This document shows, piece after piece, positions 55,001 to 64,000 of a stretch of DNA of 64,000 nucleotides (position 1 is its first letter; each line of letters begins with the position of its first letter). Below the pieces are notes generated by a model. It saw only the letters and a program-made list of their open reading frames with translations, did no database searches and was not told the origin of the DNA. The position numbers were made by a program, and so were the translations under genes. Source of the stretch: the human T2T-CHM13v2.0 reference genome, Homo sapiens; NCBI RefSeq assembly GCF_009914755.1, contig NC_060944.1; one strand, written 5' to 3'.

Positions 55001-58000
55001 AATGGAATGGAATGGATTCGAATGGAATGGAATGGAATGCAGTCAACCCGAGTGGAATGGTATGGAATCTCATGGAATGGAATGCAATCAACCCAACTGG
55101 AATTGAATGCAAAGGAATGTAATGGAATGGAATGGAATCAACACGAGTGGAATGCAATGGAATGGAATGGAATGGAATGGAATGGAATGGAATGGAATGG
55201 AATGAAATGTAATCATACTGTGTGGAACGGAATGGAATGGAATGGGATGGAATCAACCCGAGTGGAACGGAATGGAATGGAATGGAATGGAATGGAATGG
55301 AATGGATTGGAATGGATAAAATGGAATGGAGTCAACACGAATGGAATGGATTGGAATGGAATCAACATGAGTGGAAAGGAAAGGAATTGAATGTAATGAA
55401 GTAGAATGGAATGGAATCAAAGCAAGTGGAATGGAAAGGATTGGTATAGAATAGAATGGAAAGGAATGGAATGGAAACATCAAGACTGGAATGTAATGCA
55501 ATAGATTGGAATCGATTCGAATGGAATCCACCCGAGTGCAATGAAATGGAATGGAATGGAATGGAAACAACACGAGTGGAATGGAATGGATTGGAATGGA
55601 ATGGAATGGAATGGAATGAAATGGAATGGCGTGTAATGGAATGGAATGGAAAGGAAAGGAATCAAGCCAAGTGGAATCCAAGGAATGGAATGGAATGCAG
55701 TGGAATGGAATGGAATGGAATGGAATCAACCCGAGTGGAATGCAATGGAATGGAACAGAATGGAAAGGAATGGAATGGAATCAACCCGATTGCCAGGGAA
55801 TGGAACGGAATGGAATGGAATAAAGCGGAGTGGAATGCAATGGAATGGAAGGGATTGGGATAGAATGGAATGGAATGAAATGGAGTCAACCCGACTGGAA
55901 TCGAATGGAATGGAATGCAATGGAGTGGAATGGAATGGAGTGGAATGGAATGGAATGGAATGGAATGGAATCAAACCGAGTGGCGTGGAATGGAATTGAA
56001 TGGAATGGAATGGATTAAATTGGAATGAAAAGGAATGGAATGGAATGCAATGGAATGGAACAGAATGGAATGGAATCAACCCGTGTGGAATGGAACGGAA
56101 TCGAATGGAATGGAAAGAAATGAATGGAAAGGAATCAACAAGAGTGGAATGGAACTCAGTGGAATGTAATGTAATGGACTTAACCAGAGTGAAATGGAAT
56201 GGAAAGCAATGGAATGGAATGGAGTGGACTCAACGCAAGAGAATTGTAATGGAATGGAATTGTATGTAATGGAATGGAATGAAATCAACCCGAGTGGTAT
56301 GGAATGGAATGGAATGGGATGGAATTGATTGGAATAGAGTGGATTGGATTCTATCCGAGTGGAAGGGAAAGGAATGGAATGGAATGGAAAGGAATAGAAT
56401 TGAATGGAATGGAATGGAATGGATTGGAATGGAAAGGAATGAAACCGAGTGGAATGGAATGGATTGGGATGGAATGGAATGGAATCAACTAGAATGGAAA
56501 GGAATGAAATGGAATGGAATGCAATGGAATGGAATGGAATCAAGCCGTGTGGAATGTAATGCAAAGGAATGGAATGGAATGGAATGGAATGGAATCAACA
56601 AAAGTGGAATGGAAGGGGATGGAATGGAATGGAATGGAATGGAAAGCAATGGAGTCAACCTGAATGGAATCGAATGGAATGGAATGCAATGGAATGGAAT
56701 GGAATGGATTGGAATGGAATGGAATCAACCTGAGTGGAATGGAATGGAATGGAATGGAAAGCAATCAAACCAAGTGGAATGGAAAGGAATCGAATGGAAT
56801 GCAATGGAATGGAATCAACCCAAGTGGAAAGGAATGGAATGGAATGGATTCGAATGGAATGGAATGGAATGCAGTCAACCCGAGTGGAATGGTATGCAAT
56901 CTCATGGAATGGAATGCAATCAACCCAACTGGAATTGAATGCAAAGGAATGGAATGGAATGGAATGGAATCAACACGAGTGGAATGCAATGGAATGGAAT
57001 GGAATGGAATGGAATGGAATGGAATGGAATGGAATGAAATGTAATCATACTGTGTGGAACGGAATGGAATGGAATGGGATGGAATCAACCCGAGTGGAAT
57101 GGAATGGAATGGAATGGAATGGAATGGAATGGAATGGATTGGAATGGAATAAAATGGAATGGAGTCAACCCGAATGGAATGGATTGGAATGGAATCAACA
57201 TGAGTGGAAAGGAAAGGAATTGAATGTAATGAAGTAGAATGGAATGGAATCAAAGCAAGTGGAATGGAAAGGATTGGTATACAATAGAATGGAAAGGAAT
57301 GGAATGGAAACATCAAGACTGGAATGTAATGCAATAGATTGGAATCGATTCGAATGGAATCCACCCGAGTGCAATGAAATGGAATGGAATGGAATGGAAA
57401 CAACACGAGTGGAATGGAATGGAATGGAATGAAATGGAATGGAATGGAATGGAATGGAATGGAATAGATTGGAATGGAATGGAAACGACTGGAATCAACC
57501 TGAGTGGAATGGAATGGATTGGAATGGAATGGAATGGAATGAACCCGATTGGAATGGAATGGAATGGAATGGAATGGAATGGAATGGATTGGATTCAACC
57601 CGAGGGGAATGGAATGGAAAGGAGTGGAATCGAATGGAATGGAATGGAATGGAATGTTATCAAATTGTGTGGAATGGAACAGAATGGAATGGAATTGACT
57701 GGAATCAAACCGAGTAGAATGTAAAGGAATGGAATGGAACTTTATTAAACCGATTGTAATGGGATGGAATGTAACGGATTGTAATCGAATGGAATGGAAT
57801 GGAATGGAATCAAAGCGAGTGGAATGCAATGGAATGGTTTGGAATGGAATGGAATGGAATTGAATGGAATTACCCCGAGTGAAATGGCATGGAAAGGAAC
57901 GGAATACAATTTAATGGAATGGAATGGAATCAACCCGAGTGGAATGGAATGGAATGGAATGGAATACAATGCAATGGAATGGAACCAATAAGAGTGGAAT

Positions 58001-61000
58001 GGATTGGAATGGAATGGAGTGGAATGAAACGGAATGGAATCAACCAGAGTGGAATGGAATGGAATGGAAAGGAATGGAATGGAATGAAATGAAATTGAAA
58101 CAATCCGCGTGGAATGGAATAGAATGGAATGGAAACAAACTGAGTGGAATGGAATGGAATGGAATGGAATGGAATGGAATGGAATCAACTCGAAAGGAAT
58201 TGAATGGAATGGATTGGAATGGAAACAAACCGTTTGGAATGGAATGGAATGTATTGGAATGGAATGGAATTGATTGGAATGGAATGGAATGGAATGGAAT
58301 CAACCTGAGTGGAATGGAATGGATTGGAATGGAATGGAATGGAATGGAATGAAATGAACCCGATTGGAATGGGATGGAATGGAATGGAAAGGAATGGAAT
58401 GGCATGGAATCAACCGGACTGCAATGGAATGGAATGGAATGGAATGGAATGGAATGGAATGGAATGGATGGAATGGAATCTACCCGAGTTGAATGTAATG
58501 GTATCGAAAGCAATGGAATGCAATGGAATGGAATGGAATGGAATGGAATGGAATGGAATGGAATGGAATCAAACCAACAGGAATGAAATGGAAAGGAATG
58601 GATTGGAATCGAATGGAAAGGAATGGAATGGAAGGAAGCCGAGTGGAATGACATGGAATGGATTGGAATGGAATGGAATGAAAACGAGTGGAATGGAATG
58701 GATTGGAATGGAATGGAATGAAACCGAGTGGAATGGAATGGATTGGGATGGAATGGAATGGAATCAACTAGAATGGAAAGGAATGAAATGGAATGGAATG
58801 CAATGGAATGGAATGGAATCAAGCCGTGTGGAATGTAATGCAAAGGAATGGAATGGAATGGAATGGAATCAACAAAAGTGGAATGGAAGGGGATGGAATG
58901 GAATGGAATGGAATGGAAAGCAATGGAGTCAACCCGAATGGAATCGAATGGAATGGAATGCAATGGAATGGAATGGAATGGATTGGAATGGGATGGAATG
59001 GAATCAAACCGAGTAGAATGGAATGGAATGGAATGGAATGGAATGGAATGGAATGGAATGGAATGGAATGGAATGGAATCAACCCACGTGGAAAGGAATG
59101 GAATGCAATGCAATGGATTGGAATGGAATAAATACGAGTGGAATGGATTGGAATGAAATGGATTGGAATTGAATCAGCCCCACCGGAATGGAATTGAATG
59201 GAATGGATTGAAATGGAATGGAATGGAATGGAATGCAATGGAATGGAATGGAATGGATTGGAATGGAATGGAATGGAATGGAATCACCACGATTGTAATG
59301 GAATGGAATGGAATGGAATGCAATGGAATGGAACGGAATCAACCCGAGTGGAATGGAATGGAATGGAATGGAATCAACCTGAGTGGAATAGAATGGAATG
59401 TAATGAAATGGTATGAAATGGTTGGAATGGAACGGAATGGACTCAAAATCAGTGGAATGGAATGGAATGGAAACGAATGGAGTGGAATGGAATGGAAGCA
59501 ACCCGAGTGGAATGGAATGGATAGGAACGGAATGGAATGGAATGGAATGGAAAGGAACTCAATGGAATTTAATGGAATGGAGTGCAATGGAATGGAATGG
59601 AATGGAAACAAACTGAGTGGAATGGAATGGAATGGAATGGAATGGAATGGAATGGAATGGAATCAACCCGAATGGAATTGAATGGAATGGATTGGAATGG
59701 AAACAAACCGTTTGGAATGGAATGGAATGGATTGGAATGGAAAGGAATGGTTTGGAATGGAATGGAATGGTTTGGAATCAACCTGAGTGGAATGGAATGG
59801 ATTGGAATGGAATGGAATGGAATGGAATGGAATGAAATGAATCCGATTGGAATGGGATGAAATGGAATGGAATGGAATGGAAAGGAATGGAATGGCATGG
59901 AATCAACCGGACTGCAATGGAATGGAATGGAATGGATGGAATGGAATCTACCCTAGTTGAATATAATGGAATCGATTGCAATGGAATGGAATGGAATGGA
60001 ATGGAATGGAATGGAATCAAACCGACTGGAATGAAATGGAAAGGAATGGATTGGAATCGAATGGAAACGAATGGAATGGAAGCAAGCCGAGTGGAATGAA
60101 ATGGAATCGATTGGAATGGAATGGAATGGAATCCACCCGAGTGCAATGGAACAGAATGCAATGGTATGGATTGGAATGGAATAAACAAGAGTGGATTGGA
60201 ACGGAATGGAATGGAATGGAATGGAGTGGAATGGAATGGAATCAACCTGAGTGAAATGCAATGGAATGGAACGGAATGGAAAGGAATGTAATGGAATCAA
60301 CGCAATTGCAAAGGAATGGAATGGAATTGAATGGAGTCAACCGGAGTGGAAATCAATGGAATGGAAGGGATTGGGATACAATGGAATGGAATGGACTGGA
60401 ACGGAATCAATCCGACTGGTATTGAAAGGAATATGTAGGAATAGAATGGAATAGAATGGAATGAAATGCAATGGAATGGAATGGAATGGAATGGAATGGA
60501 ATGGAATGGAATGGAATGAAATGGAATGGAATCAACCTGAGTGGAATGGAATGGAATGGAAAGGAATCAAACCAAGTGGAATGGAAAGGAATCGCATGGA
60601 ATGCAATGGAATGGAATCAACCCAACTGGAAAGGAATGGAATGGAATGGAATGGAATGGAATGGAATGGAATGGAATGGAATGGAATGGAATGGATTCAA
60701 ATGGAATGGAATTGAATGCAGTCAACACGAGTGGAATGGTATGGAATCTAATGGAATGGAATGCAATCAACCCAACTGGAATTGAATGCAAAGGAATGTA
60801 ATGGAATGGAGTGGATTCAACACGAGTGGAATGCAATGGAATGGAATAGAATGGAATGGAATGGAATGAAATGTAATCAAACTGTGTTGAACGGAATGGA
60901 ATGGAATGGAATGGAGTCAACCCGAGTAGAATGGAATGGAATGGAATGGATTGGAATCGAATGGAATGGAATGGAATGGAAGCAAGCCGAGTGGAATGAA

Positions 61001-64000
61001 ATGGAATCGATTGGAATGGAATGGAATGGAATGGAATCCACCCGAGTACAATGGAACGGAAAGCAATGGTATGGATTGGAATGGAATAAACGAGAGTGTA
61101 TTGGAACGGAATGGATTGGAATGGAATGGAGTGGAATGGAATGGAATCAACCCGAGTGAAATGCAATGGAATGGAACGGAATGGAAAGGAATGTAATGGA
61201 ATCAACGCAATTGCAAAGGAATGGAATGGAATTGAATGGAGTCAACCGGAGTGGAAATCAATGGAATGGAAGGGAATGGTATAGAATGGAATGGAATGGA
61301 CTGAAATGGAATCATTCTGACTGGTATTCAAAGGAATATGTTGGAATAGAATGGAATGGATTGGAATGGAATGGAATGGAATGGAATGGAATGGAATGGA
61401 ATGGATTGGAATGGAATGGAATGGAATCAACCTGAGTGGAATGGAATGAAAAGGAATCAAACAAAGTGGAATGGAAAGGAATCGAATGGAATGCAATGGA
61501 ATGGAATCAACCCAAGTGGAAAGGAATGGAATGGAATGGATTCGAATGGAATGGAATGGAATGCAGTCAACCCGAGTGGAATGGTATGGAATCTCATGGA
61601 ATGGAATGCAATCAACCCAACTGGAATTGAATGTAAAGGAATGTAATGTAATGGAATGGAATCACCACGAATGGAATGGAATGGAATGGAATGGAATGGA
61701 ATGGAATGGAATGAAATGTAATCATACTGTGTGGAACGGAATGGAATGGAATGGAATGGAGTCAACCCGAGAGGAATGGAATGGAATGGAATGGAATGGA
61801 ATGGAATGGAATGGAATGGAATGGAATGGATTGGAATGGAATGAAACGGAATGGAGTCAACACGAATGGAATGGAATGGAATGGTATCAACCCGACTGGA
61901 AAGGAATGGAAAGGAATGGAATGCAATGGAATGGATTGGAATGGAATCAACATGAGTGGAAGGGAAAGGAATTGAATGTAATGAAGTAGAATGGAATGGA
62001 ATCAAAGCAAGTGGAATGGAAAGGATTGGTACAGAATAGAATGGAAAGGAATGGAATGGAAACATCAAGACTGGAATGTAATGCAATAGATTGGAATCGA
62101 TTGGAATGGAATCCACCCGAGTGCAATGAAATGGAATGGAATGGAATGAAAAAACACGAGTGGAATGGAATGGAAAGGAATGGAACGGAATGGAATGGAA
62201 TGGAATGGAATAGATTGGAATGGAATGGAAACGAATGGAATCAACCTGAGTGGAATGGAATGGATTGGAATGGAATGGAATGGAATGAACCCGATTGTAA
62301 TGGAATGGAATGGAATGGAATGGAATGGAATGGAATGGATTGGATTCAACCCGAGGGGAATGGAATGGAATGGAGTGGAATGGAATGGAATGGAATAGAC
62401 TGGATTGGAATGGAATGGAATCGAATGGAATCAACCTGAGTGGAATGGAATGGATTGGAATGGAATGGAATGGAATGAACCCGATTGAAATGGAATGGAA
62501 TGGAATGGAATGCAATGGAATGGAATGGAATGGAATGGATTGGATTCAACCCGAGGGGAATGGAATGGAATGGAGTGGAATGGAATGGAATGGAATGGAA
62601 TGTTATCAAATTGTGTGGAATGGAACAGAATGGAATGGAATTGACTGGAATCAAACCGAGTAGAATGTAAAGGAATGGAATGGAACTTTATTAAACCGAT
62701 TGTAATGGAATGGAATGTAACGGATTGTAATCGAATGGAATGGAATGGAATGGAATCAAAGCGAGTGGAATGCAATGGAATGGTTTGGAATGGAATGGAA
62801 TGGAATTGAATGGAATTACCCCGAGTGAAATGGCATGGAAAGGAACGGAATACAATTTAATGGAATGGAATGGAATCAACCCGAGTGGAATGGAATGGAA
62901 TGGAATGGAATACAATGCAATGGAATGGAACCAATAAGAGTGGAATGGATTGGAATGGAATGGAGTGGAATGAAACGGAATGGAATCAACCAGAGTGGAA
63001 TGGAATGGAATGGAAAGGAATGGAATGGAATGTAGTGAAATTGAAACAATCCGCGTGGAATGGAATAGAATGGAATGGAAACAAACTGAGTGGAATGGAA
63101 TGGAATGGAATGGAATGGAATGGAATGGAATGGAATCAACTCGAATGGAATTGAATGGAATGGATTGGAATGGAAACAAACCATTTGGAATGGAATGGAA
63201 TAGATTGGAATGGAATGGAACGGAATGGAAACAAACCGTTTGGATTGGAATGGAATGGATTGGAATGGAATGGAATGGATTGGAATGGAATGGAATGGAA
63301 TGGAATCAACCTGAGTGGAATGGAATGGATTGGAATGGAATGAAATGGAATGGAATGGAATGAAATGAACCCGATTGGAATGGGATGGAATGGAATGGAA
63401 TGTAATGGAAAGGAATGGAATGGAATGGAATCAACCCGAATGGAATTGAATGGAATGGATTGGAATGGAGACAAACCGTTTGGAATGGAATGGAATGGAT
63501 TGGAATGGAATGGAATGGATTGGAATGGAATGGAATGGAATGGAATGGAAACAAACCGTTTGGAATGGAATGGAATGGATTGGAATGTAATGGAATGGAT
63601 TGGAATGGAATGGAATGGAATGGAATGGAATCAACCTGAGAGGAATGGAATGGATAGGAATGGAATGAAAAGGAATGGAATGGAATGAAAAGAACCCGAT
63701 TGGAATGGGATGGAATGGAATGGAATGGAATGGAAAGGAATGGAATGGCATGGAATCAACCGGACTGCAATGGAATGGAATGGAATGGATGCAATGGAAT
63801 CAACCTGAGTGGAATGGAATGGAGTGGAATGGAAAGGAATCAAACCAAGTGGAATGGAAAGGAATCGAATTGAATGCAATGGAATGGAATCATCCCAAGT
63901 GGAAAGGAATGGAATGGAATGGATTCGAATGGAATGGAATGGAATGCAGTCAACCCGAGTGGAATGGTATGGAATCTCATGGAATGGAATGCAATCAACC
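46100..64000 (+). repeat. Mosaic HSat3 domain of reshuffled, moderately diverged modules (sub-periods ~0.8 kb, ~2 kb, 4.2-4.9 kb)
   Basis: CAACGCAATTGCAAAGG at 46858, 47678, 49918, 51203, 52084, 60298, 61203. CAAAGCAAGT at 48473, 50698, 52659, 55418, 57251, 62003. CCAATAAGAG at 49192, 53388, 54218, 57985, 62931. CAAATTGTG at 48863, 53064, 57661, 62607. Confidence 0.85.

Larger units (their letters stand above)
1..64000 (+). repeat. Human Satellite III (HSat3)-type array: (GGAAT)n pentamer satellite interspersed with CAACCCGAGT-type decamers
   Basis: Continuous GGAAT pentamers with in-phase variants (GCAAT, GGAGT, GAAAT, AGAAT, TGAAT, GGATT, GGAAA) from start to end. Recurrent CAACCCGAGT/CAACACGAGT/CAAACCGAGT decamers match the classical satellite III interspersed 10-mer (ACTCGGGTTG on the minus strand). 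No CATTC-strand block seen, so no inversion. Subfamily and chromosome cannot be fixed by eye; the decamer-rich pattern suggests an HSat3B-like array (inference). Confidence 0.97.

Noticed and set aside
6-63879. Hundreds of ORFs (MEWNG on +, IPFHS on -), up to 357 aa at 58040-59113
   Set aside because: (GGAAT)3 and (ATTCC)3 have no stop codon in any frame, so overlapping ORFs in all six frames are expected. There is no domain-like content, and ORF ends are set by chance variants.
1-64000. CRISPR-like look of recurrent CAACCCGAGT motifs with intervening spacers
   Set aside because: The motif is only 10 bp and degenerate, the spacers are themselves GGAAT repeats of variable length, and there are no cas genes. 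This is the known satellite III decamer.
1-64000. CENP-B box similarity (ACTCGGG on the minus strand)
   Set aside because: The box needs TTCG-N4-A-N2-CGGG, i.e. CCCGAGT-N4-CGAA on the + strand. The pentamer register would put CGAA 5 nt away, and I saw no complete box (not exhaustively scanned).
1-64000. Canonical heat-shock elements
   Set aside because: GAA units here are direct repeats. I did not see alternating nGAAnnTTCnnGAAn arrays by eye, so no HSE is annotated.
1-64000. Inversions, Alu/L1 insertions, telomeric or alpha-satellite segments
   Set aside because: No CATTC-strand block, poly-A tail, target-site duplication or non-pentamer sequence longer than a few tens of bases was seen.

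Overview
The whole 64 kb is classical human-type Satellite III (HSat3). It is a single-orientation (GGAAT)n array, purine-rich strand on +, interrupted roughly every 40-90 bp by a CAACCCGAGT-type decamer that occupies two pentamer slots. I see no genes, transposons or unique sequence. The ORF track (MEWNG and IPFHS repeats) simply reflects that the pentamer has no stop codon in any frame. The informative content is higher-order structure. (1) 1-8.6 kb is diverged satellite with small local duplications. (2) 8.6-37.6 kb reads A0-[B-A-B-C]x4: a very recent four-copy ~6.9-kb tandem amplification built on an older ~1.85-kb A-B duplication, with junctions inside pure GGAAT runs, diagnostic SNVs that order the copies, and a 70-bp deletion in copy 4. 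(3) 37.6-64 kb is an older mosaic of shuffled 0.3-2 kb modules with a loose 4.2-4.9 kb period. I find no support for a novel protein-coding system. The best leads are the nested repeat architecture, an apparent gene-conversion tract, a bias toward 1-bp deletions, and eight amplified copies of a DUX4-consensus-matching motif. All positions were read by eye and should be confirmed computationally.
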